A stretch of 64,000 nucleotides of DNA from an uncultured bacterium (GCA_963756425.1 CAVWNW010000003.1:117642-181641), one strand, 5' to 3'; counted from the first letter of the stretch, positions 43,059-52,278 are shown. Numbers and translations: made by a program. The notes: generated by a model from the letters alone, not told the origin.

Positions 43059-44348
43059 GCGGCGTGTGGGTCAGTGTTAGCCCAGATCGACGATGCTGCG
43101 CGGCTGGCCGAGGTCGAGGAGTCCCGAGAAGGTGACCTGGGGTGTCACGACCAGGGCAACCGCATCGTTTCGCCGAGGAGCGGCCGACCGTCGCCGACCG
43201 GTCTGCTGCGGCCCGCACCGGGCGCGGCCCGGCCGAAGTCGGGCAACGCGGCCAAGGGGGCAGAGCCGCTGGCCGACCGCCAGTGGGACATGCGGATGAT
43301 GGACACCGACGCGGCCCACCGCCGGGCGACCGGCAAGGGTGTCACCGTGGGGATCATCGACACGGGCATCGATGCCGCCCATCCCGACCTCGCACCGCAC
43401 TTCGATGCCCGGCTGTCACGCAACTTCACGATGGACATTCCCTCGATCGACGGGGCTTGCGAGGTGCCGACGTGCATCGACCCGGCCAATGTCGATGAGG
43501 GTGGTCACGGCTCGCATGTTGCCGGCATCGTCGGTGCGGCCCGCAACGGGATCGGCACGGAGGGTGTTGCCCCCGATGCCACCCTCGTCAATGTCCGGGC
43601 CGGCCAGGACTCGGGCTTTTTCTTCCTCTTCGAGACGGTGGCGGCACTCACTTACGCCGGTGACGCGGGCCTCGATGTGGTCAACATGAGCTTCTTCACC
43701 GACCCGTGGCTCTACAACTGTGACTCGCTCGACGACTACGTCTCCGGGCCGGTCACGCCGGAGCAGGTGGCCGAGCAGGCCTTCGTCAGGCAGACGGTCA
43801 CGGCTGGGCTCGAGTACGCCCATGATCACGGGGTGACGTTGGTGGCGGCGCTGGGTAACAGCCACGCCGACTACTCGACGCCGACCCGCTTCGACAACAT
43901 CAGCCCCGACTTCCCGCTCGGCACCGAGGTAGAGCGCACCGTGACCAACGACTGCCTCGACCTACCCACCGAGGGCCCGCACGTGATCAGCGTGTCCGCG
44001 GTCGGACCGTCGACCACCAAGGCCGACTACTCCAACTACGGGCTCGGCATCCCTGAGGTCTCGGCGCCCGGAGGCTGGTTCCGTGACTTCGTCGGCACCC
44101 CGCGGTTCTCGACGCCGACCAACCTGGTTTTGGCGCCCTACCCGCTGCACGTGGCCCAGACCGATGACCCACCGCTCGCTGACGAGAACGGCAACCCCGT
44201 CGACGATTTCTCGGTGGTGTCGTGCGATCGACGAGGCAACAACTGCGGCTTCTACACCTACTGTTCGTCGCGGGCGACCGCAGTCCGCTGCACCACACGC
44301 CGCCCGCATGGCCTGGCGCGACGGGCCCCGAGCGCGGAGACTCCCGAG
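43050..44348 (+). pseudogene. Subtilisin-like S8 serine peptidase remnant (no signal peptide, catalytic Ser block lost)
   Basis: Asp block GIIDTGID and His block HGSHVAG are present, with homology about 43263-44261 ending at ..NNCGFYTY. The expected GTSMAAPH block is absent in frame. A degraded ..QSAAPHAA.. appears in the +1 frame at 44284-44304. Confidence 0.6.
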
Positions 44349-45629
44349 GTGGCACTGGGGCATCACCATCATCACCACCATCACTACGACTCCGACGACT
44401 TGCCGCGCCGGGAGCTGGACGCACCGACGGTGCGTCGCTTCCTGGGCGGCGTCGTCGCCGTCCTGGTCGTCGCGGCGCTGGTGGGAATCGCGGTCTGGTG
44501 GCCGCATGGCGACCCGGCGGTCGACCGGGAGGCCCTCGGCTACGGCGACCGAGTCGATGCCACCGTGACAGCAGCCGAGATTGGCCCATGTAGCTACGAC
44601 CCCGAGACCGAGTGCAACAGCGTCAGCGCCCGCATATCCAGCGGGCCGGACCCCGGCACGTCCGCCACATTGGAGGCCGACATCGCCACTCGGACCGCGG
44701 TGGCGGAGCTGACGGTGGGAGACGACATCGTGCTCAACGACGCCGGCCCCGACGTCGACCCCGCAGCCCGCTACTCGTTCGCCGATGTTCAACGCCGGCT
44801 GCCACTCGTCATCCTCGCTGTCGTGTTCGCGGTGGCGGTGGTGGCGTTGGGGCGGTTGCGAGGCCTGCTGGCGCTGGCGGGCATCGGCATCACCGTGGCC
44901 GTACTCCTCGTGTTCGTGTTCCCGGCGCTGTTGCGGGGCTCCTCGCCGCTCGGGGTGGCGCTCACCGGCGGCATCGTCATCGCCGTCAGCGCCATCTATC
45001 TCGCCCACGGCGTCAGCGACCGCACCACAGTGGCCCTCGTGGGCACGATCGCCAGCCTGCTGTTGACCGCCGCCCTGGGTGCTGGTTTCGGGGCCGCCGC
45101 CCACCTCAGCGGCCTGGCCAGCGACGAGTCCGTCAACCTGTTGGCGTTCGCGCCGGAGCTCGACTTCCGTGGCCTGCTGCTCGCCGCCACCATCATCGGC
45201 GCGCTCGGCGTCCTCGACGACGTGACCATCACCCAGGTATCAGCCGTCTGGGAGCTTCACGCCAGCGATCCGCGGATCGGCGCCCGCGGGCTGTACTCGG
45301 CCGGCATCCGCATCGGTCGGGACCACATCGCATCGACCGTCAACACTCTGGTGCTCGCCTACACCGCGGCCGCACTGCCGACGCTGCTGCTGTTCACTCA
45401 GTCCGGCCTGGCCATCGGCGAGGTCCTCACCACCGAAACCCTGGCCGTCGAGATCGTCCAGACGCTGGTCGGATCCATCGGCCTGGTGGCCTCAGTACCG
45501 CTCACGACAGCCCTGGCCGCCTGGGTCGTCACCCTGTCGGGTCGTGACGAACAGCCCGATCGCTTCGACTGGCCAACTCGTCAGCCGACCGCCGAACGTC
45601 CCCAGGACATGTTCTGGGGACCGCGATGA
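44349..45629 (+). CDS. YibE/F-family integral membrane protein with N-terminal His8 tract
   Basis: GTG 44349 (GGAG 11 nt upstream), then ALGHHHHHHHHYDSDD, a TM helix and WWPHG. The YibE/F core follows (GVLDDVTITQVSAVWEL, IGRDHIASTVNTLVLAYTAAALP). Confidence 0.7.
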   Translation: MALGHHHHHHHHYDSDDLPRRELDAPTVRRFLGGVVAVLVVAALVGIAVWWPHGDPAVDREALGYGDRVDATVTAAEIGPCSYDPETECNSVSARISSGPDPGTSATLEADIATRTAVAELTVGDDIVLNDAGPDVDPAARYSFADVQRRLPLVILAVVFAVAVVALGRLRGLLALAGIGITVAVLLVFVFPALLRGSSPLGVALTGGIVIAVSAIYLAHGVSDRTTVALVGTIASLLLTAALGAGFGAAAHLSGLASDESVNLLAFAPELDFRGLLLAATIIGALGVLDDVTITQVSAVWELHASDPRIGARGLYSAGIRIGRDHIASTVNTLVLAYTAAALPTLLLFTQSGLAIGEVLTTETLAVEIVQTLVGSIGLVASVPLTTALAAWVVTLSGRDEQPDRFDWPTRQPTAERPQDMFWGPR

Positions 45630-45744
45630 CGAGGCCACCGACAGCCAAGTGCCGACGCACACCCACGATCGCCTCTGGCACCGCTAGGACTCTCGATGCA
45701 GACACCCGGCTCGGAGAGCTCGCAGGTAGCGACCGGTGTCTCAG

Positions 45745-46503
45745 CTACTCATATGACTGATAGGCGCCGTCCGGCCAGACCCAGGGAACCAGGGAGGCGA
45801 AGGGGGCCGCCAGCAATGGCGTGACCGGGGCGTCACGCCATGCATCGTCCATCAGTGGCCCGAGGGCGGTGGCCGCCTCGCCCGGGTCGCCGTCGAGGTA
45901 GCAGACCGTGATCCGGTAGTCGCCCTCGGTGTAGCGGCCCCGCCGATAGCGGGCGGCGGTGGCGAACACCCACGCCCCGGCGACCCCGGGCGTGGTGACC
46001 AGCCGGGCCAGGTGCTCGTCGTGCCGCCAGCGCAGGTACGGATCGATCCGGTCGCGGTCGGCCGGCTGCTCGACGATCAGGTAGACGCCCCGGTTGGGCC
46101 TGAAGGGAACGACCTCGGCGGAGACGAGCACGCGCGGCGCCACCCGGGCGTCCAGAAGCCGCAGCGCCCCCAGGAACCGCCGGGGGAGGTCGCGCGGGAA
46201 CCGCCCGAGGTGCGCCAGGCGGCTCCCGAGGTCGAAGAAGTCGTCGAGCGTCTGGTCGACCGGGTCACCCATCAGGTACAGCACGACGTGGTGGACGTCC
46301 TCGAACGGGCCGGACGCGTTGGACCGCGCCGTGAGGCAGGCATCGTCCGCCATCCAGCGCTGTCCATGGATGATCCCCGGTAGCTGGTACTGCTCGGGCA
46401 TGTGGTCGAGCTGGTGCCAGCCCAGGTACGCGCGGTCGCCGGCGTCGTCCCCGGACTCGCCAGCGCCGGACAGCGAGAAGAACCCGACCTTGGCGCGGTT
46501 CAC
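45745..46503 (-). CDS. Conserved hypothetical protein (no confident family)
   Basis: 252-aa ORF with protein-like composition (AYLGWHQLDHMPEQYQLPG...). GTG 46503 overlaps the upstream stop (GTGA). Confidence 0.55.
   Translation of the reverse strand: MNRAKVGFFSLSGAGESGDDAGDRAYLGWHQLDHMPEQYQLPGIIHGQRWMADDACLTARSNASGPFEDVHHVVLYLMGDPVDQTLDDFFDLGSRLAHLGRFPRDLPRRFLGALRLLDARVAPRVLVSAEVVPFRPNRGVYLIVEQPADRDRIDPYLRWRHDEHLARLVTTPGVAGAWVFATAARYRRGRYTEGDYRITVCYLDGDPGEAATALGPLMDDAWRDAPVTPLLAAPFASLVPWVWPDGAYQSYE
45749..45761 (+). repeat. 13-nt AT-rich direct repeat TCATATGACTGAT, right copy
   Basis: Lies in the last codons (..AYQSYE*) of the minus-strand gene 45745..46503, 2703 bp from the left copy. Confidence 0.9.
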
Positions 46504-47367
46504 ACCGCCTCCCGCCGGGCGCCCGCACACCGCGTGAGCGCCTCGAGCTGCTCGAGATAGTGCGCCAGTGAGTGGTGCACGACCCGGGCGGCGACGATGG
46601 TCGTCCCTGCGGCGGCCAGCGCCCCGAGCGCGTCGGTGCAGGCGGAGGCGCCATCGCTCGGGTCCAGGGCCCGCTCGGGGCTGATCACGACCTCGAACCC
46701 GTCGGGCGGCTCGACTCCGGTCAGCCAGGCCGCCACCTCCGCCGCCGAGACGCCGAACGGTGCCCAGCCGTCGGCCAGCGCCACGGCCCGCCGCAGCGAA
46801 CGCCGGGTGCGACCGCCCACCCACAGGGGGACTCGGGCCTGGAGGGCGCACGGTCTGACCACGAAGCCCTCGTAGTCGTAGTGCGCGCCGTGATACGCCG
46901 GCTGTTCCTGCGACAGCGAGGCGCGGCAGCGCGATCAGGGCGTCGTCGGCGCGTGCCCCGCGATCGGCGAACGGCGCGTCCAGCAGGTCGAACTCCTCGC
47001 GCAGGGAGCCCACGCCGACGCCCAGGATGAGGCGGCCGCCCGACACCACGTCGAGCGTCCCGTAGCGCTTGGCGATCTCGAGGGGATGGTGGTAGCCGAG
47101 CACCAGCACGTAGGTGGCCAACCGAACCCGCTCGGTCACGGCCGCCAGGTACCCGAGCGTCGCCAGCGGGTCCCAGTACGTGGCCCCTCGGACCTCCGCC
47201 ACGTCGGTGGGGATGCCGACGTGCTCACTGCACGTGAGGTGGTGGTAGCCGAGCCGATCGGCCGCACGGGCGACCTCCACCAGTTCGGCCATGCCCGCGC
47301 CCTCCTCCCAGCGGGCATGGGCGCCCGGCACGCGGGTCACCACCGGCGTGACGATCGACAGGCGCAT
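46500..47367 (-). pseudogene. Luciferase-like (LLM, probable F420-dependent) oxidoreductase, frame-disrupted as sequenced (+1 nt near 46920-46927)
   Basis: The N-part MRLSIVTPV...GVGVGSLREEFD...ADDALIAL and the C-part RASLSQEQPAYHGAHYDYEGFVVRPCALQARVPLWVGGRTRRSLRRAVALADGWAPFG lie in different frames. Length is 868 nt (3n+1). Confidence 0.65.
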
Positions 47368-47792
47368 CAGGGCGCCAGGCTCAGGTCGGCGACCACCTCG
47401 CGGGTCGAGAAGTACCAGCGCCCGCGCTCGTAGATCAGCACGTCGCGGTACCGCCCCACCGCCTCCACCTCGGGAGCACCCCCGTTCTGCCCAGGGCGGA
47501 GCGTCAGGAAGCGGCACTCCTGGCGCGCGTGGACACCGTCGACCTCCACCTGGGCGTCGGTGGTGACCCGGATGCGGTCGGGCGCGGCGGAGCGGAAGAA
47601 CCCGACGAGCTCCCGGTGGCCGGTGAACGACTCGCCCGACGCCTGCAACACACCCTCCTGCACGAAGGTGCCGACCCAGGTCTCCAGGTCGCCGGTCTCC
47701 AACGCCCGGTTGTAGCGCGCGGTGAGGTCACCGATCGCCAAGCGGCCCGCCACGGTCATGAGGGTGGTCTGTTCCTGATAGCTCATGCCCAC
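47367..47792 (-). CDS. SnoaL/NTF2-like fold protein
   Basis: 141-aa ORF with the pattern IGDLTARYNRALETGDLETW. GGAGGG lies 6 nt before GTG 47792. Its stop sits in an ATGA overlap with the LLM gene. Confidence 0.6.
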   Translation of the reverse strand: MGMSYQEQTTLMTVAGRLAIGDLTARYNRALETGDLETWVGTFVQEGVLQASGESFTGHRELVGFFRSAAPDRIRVTTDAQVEVDGVHARQECRFLTLRPGQNGGAPEVEAVGRYRDVLIYERGRWYFSTREVVADLSLAP

Positions 47793-47820
47793 GCTGTGCC
47801 CTCCGCGAGTGCTTGGCTCA

Positions 47821-49380
47821 CTAGATGCGCACCTCCCGCCCCTCCCAGTACCGGTCCCGGAGCAGCCGCTTGTACAGCTTGCCCGTGGGCAGCCGGGGCA
47901 GCTCCGGGGCGAAGTCGATCGACCTGGGGCACTTGACGGCCGCCAGGTGCTCGCGGCAATAGGCGATGAGCTGGAGCTCCAGCTCGGTGCCGGCCTCGAC
48001 CCCCGGGGCCGGCTGCACGACCGCCTTGACCTGCTCGCCCATGTCGTCGTCCGGCACTCCGAACACGGCGACGTCCATGACCGCCGGGTGCATCACCAGG
48101 GCGTTCTCGACCTCCTGCGGGTAGATGTTCACGCCCCCGGCGATGATCATGTACGCCCGCCGGTCGGTGAGGTACAGGTAACCGTCCTCGTCCAGGTGCC
48201 CGACGTCGCCCAACGTCGACCAGTTCGGGATCCGGGGATGGAGCGTGCCCCGGGTCTTGTCCGGGTCGTTGTGGTACTCGAAGGGCAGCCCGGTGGGGCT
48301 GTCGAAGTAGACGAGCCCCGTCTCCCCGACCGGCAGCTCCTCACCGGCCTCGTCACAGATGTGGAGGGGCGCGCCGAGGGAGCGCCCCACCGAGCCCCGG
48401 TGATCGAGCCATTCCTCCGACCCGATGAACGTGACGCCGTTGCCCTCGGTGCCGGCGTAGTACTCCACGAGCACCGGGCCCCACCACGCGATCATCTGCT
48501 CCTTCACGGGTACCGGACAGGGTGCCGCAGCGTGGACCGCCACGCGCAGGCTGGAGAGGTCGTGGCGCCGCTCCTCCTCGGGCAGCTTGAGCATCCGCAC
48601 GAACATCGTCGGCACGAACTGGCCGTGGGTCACGCGGTAGCGCTCGATCAGCGCCAGCGCCTGCGCGGCGTCGAACCGCTCCATGGCGACCACGGTCCCG
48701 CCGAGCGCCTGGACACCGGCGGAGAAGGTGAGCGGGGCCGCGTGGTACAGCGGCGCGGGCGACAGGTACACGGTGTCCTCGCCCACGCCGTACAGCGACT
48801 GGAGCAGCGGGATGAGAAGGGCGCTGCCCTCACGCGCGTGCCGGCCGGTCAGCGGGCGCTTGATCCCCTTCGGCCGGCCCGTCGTGCCCGAGCTGTAGAA
48901 CATGAGGTCGCCGAGCGGTTCGTCGTCCAGCGGTGCGGCCGGGTAACGGCCGATGGCGTCGTCGTACGGCTCGTGACCGCCGGGCGCCCCCGACGTCGTG
49001 TCGACCATCAGGCGAAGCTCGATCCCGGGCGTGTCGGGCACGATGCGCTCGGCCACATCGCGACGGGCCGCGGACGTGACGAGGACGCGCGCCCGGCAGT
49101 CGTTCACGACATACGCCGCCTCGTCGGCCGTCAGGTACGAGCTCACCGGCGTCAGGTACAGGCCCGACCGGAGCGCCGCCCAGGCGACCTCGAAGTAGCG
49201 GGGGTGGTTCTCCATGAAGATGGCGGCGTGGTCGCCGGCCCGCAGCCCCGCGTCCCAGAACAGCCGCGCCAACTGGCACGATCGCTCGTCGAGCTCGCGG
49301 TACGTCACCACCTCGCCACTGGTGGCCATGATCAGCGCGGCCTTGTCCGGGCTCGTGGCGGCATGAACCCGCGGGTACAC
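47821..49380 (-). CDS. AMP-dependent acyl-CoA synthetase/ligase
   Basis: MFYSSGTTGRPKGI, YAGTEG and the GDVGHLDEDGYLYLTDRRAYMI motifs. Confidence 0.85.
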   Translation of the reverse strand: MYPRVHAATSPDKAALIMATSGEVVTYRELDERSCQLARLFWDAGLRAGDHAAIFMENHPRYFEVAWAALRSGLYLTPVSSYLTADEAAYVVNDCRARVLVTSAARRDVAERIVPDTPGIELRLMVDTTSGAPGGHEPYDDAIGRYPAAPLDDEPLGDLMFYSSGTTGRPKGIKRPLTGRHAREGSALLIPLLQSLYGVGEDTVYLSPAPLYHAAPLTFSAGVQALGGTVVAMERFDAAQALALIERYRVTHGQFVPTMFVRMLKLPEEERRHDLSSLRVAVHAAAPCPVPVKEQMIAWWGPVLVEYYAGTEGNGVTFIGSEEWLDHRGSVGRSLGAPLHICDEAGEELPVGETGLVYFDSPTGLPFEYHNDPDKTRGTLHPRIPNWSTLGDVGHLDEDGYLYLTDRRAYMIIAGGVNIYPQEVENALVMHPAVMDVAVFGVPDDDMGEQVKAVVQPAPGVEAGTELELQLIAYCREHLAAVKCPRSIDFAPELPRLPTGKLYKRLLRDRYWEGREVRI

Positions 49381-49428
49381 GATCTGTCCCCCTCGCGATT
49401 TCGGATCGAGACGCTCGGATCGGGATGG

Positions 49429-49457
49429 TCTATCTGATGTATCTTTTGACTGTTAGG
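49429..49457. promoter_or_regulatory. AT-rich box TCTATCTGATGTATCTTTTGACTGTTAGG in a divergent promoter region
   Basis: Its first 13 nt match 10192-10203 apart from one extra G. It shares TCTGATGTA with the reverse complement of 60348-60356. Confidence 0.4.
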
Positions 49458-49497
49458 CACCCTAGCGCGCTCGGGCCCGGGGAAGGAGACTGCGCGG

Positions 49498-50199
49498 ATG
49501 CTGTTCCTCCACGAGGTGCACCGGGTCGCGGGCGCCAAGGAGAGGGAGTTCGAGGCCGCCTTCCGGGCAGGGTGGATGGAGGCCCTGGCCGCCGACGGGG
49601 ACGCCAGGCTGCTGTGGTTCCTGCACCACGCCCACGGCACCGGCCCCTCCTACCAGGTGGTGACGGTCACCGCCCTGGCCGACGGAGCCGCGTGGGAGCG
49701 CCTGGCGGCACGGGTCCAGCACGGCGACCTGCGTGAGTGGGCCCGCCAGGTCGACTCCTGCCGGCACGACATCCAAGCCCGCTTGCTGATGGCCCTCGAC
49801 TTCTCGCCCCTCGACGTCGACCTCGCCGCGGTGCCCACCGACGGGCGCCGCCACGACCCCGCCCTGTACATGGAGGACACGATGTGGCCCAAGCGGGGGA
49901 AGGCCGAGGAGTACGTCGCCGCCGCCGGCGCCGTGTACACGAAGATGCTCGGATCGGACCCTGCCCACCGACTCATCAGCATCGAGGCCGCCTACCAGAC
50001 CATGCCGGGCGCCGGCCGCTACCCCGAGGTCACGCTGATGCAGAAGGTGCACGACATGTCCGGGCTCGTCCGGCTTCTGACCACGGACATGCCCGAGGCG
50101 ATGGCGCGCCCGGGCAACTGGATGCACGACGCCCTGGAGTTCCGCGACCAGTGGCGGAGCAAGCTGCTGCGCACGGCGTCGTGGTCGCCGCTCAACTGA
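49498..50199 (+). CDS. Hypothetical two-domain alpha+beta protein (possibly NIPSNAP/Dabb-like), paralog 1
   Basis: 233-aa ORF beginning MLFLHEVHRVAG..FE.AFR.GW with a GGAAGGAG RBS. The family call is tentative. Confidence 0.6.
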   Translation: MLFLHEVHRVAGAKEREFEAAFRAGWMEALAADGDARLLWFLHHAHGTGPSYQVVTVTALADGAAWERLAARVQHGDLREWARQVDSCRHDIQARLLMALDFSPLDVDLAAVPTDGRRHDPALYMEDTMWPKRGKAEEYVAAAGAVYTKMLGSDPAHRLISIEAAYQTMPGAGRYPEVTLMQKVHDMSGLVRLLTTDMPEAMARPGNWMHDALEFRDQWRSKLLRTASWSPLN

Positions 50200-50222
50200 T
50201 CGCCGGGAGGGACGGGTTGGCC

Positions 50223-50930
50223 ATGCTCTTCATGCACGAGGTGCACTCGGTTGCCGGCGAGCACGAGCACGAGTTCGAGGACGCCTACCGCGACGGCTGG
50301 ATGAAGCTGCTGGCGCAGGACGATGACGCCCGGCTGCTGTGGTACCTCAACCAGGCCCACGGGAGCGGCGCGTCGTACCGGGTGGTGACGATCACCGCGA
50401 TCCGCAACGGCGCCGCCTACGAGCGCCTGGCCGAGCGGCTGCGGCGGGGCGACCTCCTCGACTGGTCGCGCGCTGTCGGCGCCCTGCGCCACGAGGTCCA
50501 GGGCAAGATGCTGCTGCCGGTCTATTGGTCGCCGATCCAGGAGATCGACCTGGCGACGGTGCCGGCCGACGGCTCCGAGCACGAGCTGTCGCTGTACATG
50601 GAGGACACGGGCTGGCCGTCGGCGCCGCTCGACGACTACATCCGGTTCTGGGACGAGGAGTACTTCCGCCACATGCGCGCCATGCCGCCCGAGCACAGCA
50701 TCCTGGAGATCGAGGCCTGCTTCCAGGTGGCCCACGGCACCCACTACCGGCCGGAGGCCATGCTCATGCAGAAGGTGCTCAACTACGGGCTGCTCCTGAA
50801 CCTGATCTCCGAGCCCGAGGACTACGACCCCGACGTGTGGCCGGGCCGGTACATGCACGGCGGCCTGCGCTACCGCGACCAGTGGGAGAGCCGGCTGCTC
50901 CGCACCAGCACGTGGTCACCGCGCTACTGA
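50223..50930 (+). CDS. Hypothetical two-domain alpha+beta protein, paralog 2
   Basis: 235-aa ORF beginning MLFMHEVHSVAG.., roughly half identical to paralog 1 by eye. GGGAGGGA RBS. Confidence 0.6.
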   Translation: MLFMHEVHSVAGEHEHEFEDAYRDGWMKLLAQDDDARLLWYLNQAHGSGASYRVVTITAIRNGAAYERLAERLRRGDLLDWSRAVGALRHEVQGKMLLPVYWSPIQEIDLATVPADGSEHELSLYMEDTGWPSAPLDDYIRFWDEEYFRHMRAMPPEHSILEIEACFQVAHGTHYRPEAMLMQKVLNYGLLLNLISEPEDYDPDVWPGRYMHGGLRYRDQWESRLLRTSTWSPRY

Positions 50931-50946
50931 CGGCCGCTCGGTTGCC

Positions 50947-52278
50947 TCAGCAGCAGCGCTCGACGAAGTGCTCGAGCTGGTCCAGGTTGCGGCACTCGAA
51001 CGTGTGGTGCGTGTAGGCCGCGTACTCGCTCATCAACGAGTCGCCGGTGTCCCACGACGAGACCGGCTCCGGGTTCAGCCAGTAGACCTTGCGGGCGCGA
51101 CGGCGCAGCTCGGCTAGCACCCACGACTGCGAGGCGTGCTGGTTGTTGCGGGCGTCGCCGAGGACGATCAGCGTCGTTCGCGGCGTCACGTCCGCGCCCC
51201 AGCGGCGCCAGAAGTCGGTCAACGCGTGGCCGTAGTCGGAATGCCCGTCGAAGCGGGTGATGCCGGCGGTGGTGCCCAGGGATCGAATCGCCTCGGCCAC
51301 GCCCGCCCGGTCGCGCAGCTGCTCGGTCACCTCCTCGATGGCGTCGACGAAGACGAACGAGCGGACCCTGCCGAACTGACTGCTCAGCGCGTAGACGAGC
51401 TGGAGCGTGAAGCGGCTGAAGTCGGCCACCGACTGGCTCACGTCGGCGAGCACCATGATCTCGGGCAACGACCGTCGGCGGCCCCGCATCACCGGCTCCA
51501 GTGGCACGCCCCCGTAGGCCAGCGAGCGCCGGATCGTGTGGCGGAAGTCCAGCCGGCCCGAGGCCGCGCGCCTGGTTTTCGCCAGCCGGGCGGCTAGGCG
51601 CCGGGCGAGCGGCTGGATCGCAGCCCGGATCTGGTCCAGCTCCCGGGCCGACGCCCGGCGGATCTCGAGCTGGTTCGCCAGCAGCCCCGCTGGTGCGTGG
51701 TCCCGTTCCGTGAACGACACGAGACGCCGGATCTCGGACTCGATCTCGTCGCGCAGCTGCTCGACTCGGAGCGCCACCGTGCGCCGCACGAGCTGCGCCT
51801 CGAGCGGCGTCAGGGCGCCGGCACCTTCGGGGACGGCGGCGTCGGTGGGCGTCACCACGGCGAGCGCCCGTTCGGGAAGGGTGGAGAAGTCGATGCGGCG
51901 GAGGGTGCGGAACAGGTGGTAGTGCACGCCGCCTGGAGGGGTTCCCAGGGCCGCATGCCGGCGGACCGCCTCCCGGGCGACTGCCCGCAGCACGGCACCG
52001 TCCCCCTGCGCCACCGCGCGCTCGACCCGGCGCCCGAACGCGTCGTCGGCCTGCGGATCGTGCGACTCGACGGCGAAGTAGGCGTCGAAAACGGTCTCGA
52101 AGGTGACCCACTCGGCCCGGCTCTTGGCCAGTGTGGAGCCCAACGCACGCCGGACGATCGCCCGCTCGTCGAGGGACACGGCATCGACGGCCCTCATGGC
52201 GTCGACGTGCTCGGTGATACCGACCTCCACGCCGGCGGCCCGCAGCTCCTCGACGAAGCCGCTGAGGACGTCGATCAC
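50947..52278 (-). CDS. VWA-domain protein, CoxE-like
   Basis: MIDAS-type block VLADVSQS and C-terminal VLGDARNN...VYWLNPEP. GGAGG lies 7 nt before GTG 52278. Confidence 0.7.
   Translation of the reverse strand: MIDVLSGFVEELRAAGVEVGITEHVDAMRAVDAVSLDERAIVRRALGSTLAKSRAEWVTFETVFDAYFAVESHDPQADDAFGRRVERAVAQGDGAVLRAVAREAVRRHAALGTPPGGVHYHLFRTLRRIDFSTLPERALAVVTPTDAAVPEGAGALTPLEAQLVRRTVALRVEQLRDEIESEIRRLVSFTERDHAPAGLLANQLEIRRASARELDQIRAAIQPLARRLAARLAKTRRAASGRLDFRHTIRRSLAYGGVPLEPVMRGRRRSLPEIMVLADVSQSVADFSRFTLQLVYALSSQFGRVRSFVFVDAIEEVTEQLRDRAGVAEAIRSLGTTAGITRFDGHSDYGHALTDFWRRWGADVTPRTTLIVLGDARNNQHASQSWVLAELRRRARKVYWLNPEPVSSWDTGDSLMSEYAAYTHHTFECRNLDQLEHFVERCC

Noticed and set aside
44361-44384. His8 tract as an engineered affinity tag or vector contamination
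   Set aside because: Mixed CAT/CAC codons are used and the native GC-rich context runs on both sides. His-rich N-termini are common in actinobacterial YibE/F proteins, and no vector-like sequence is nearby.
43050-45629. 859-aa ORF as a genuine secreted protease-transporter fusion
   Set aside because: There is no signal peptide or propeptide and the catalytic Ser block is missing in frame. The junction is low-complexity and an internal RBS plus GTG precedes the YibE/F part. It is kept as a lower-probability alternative in the findings.
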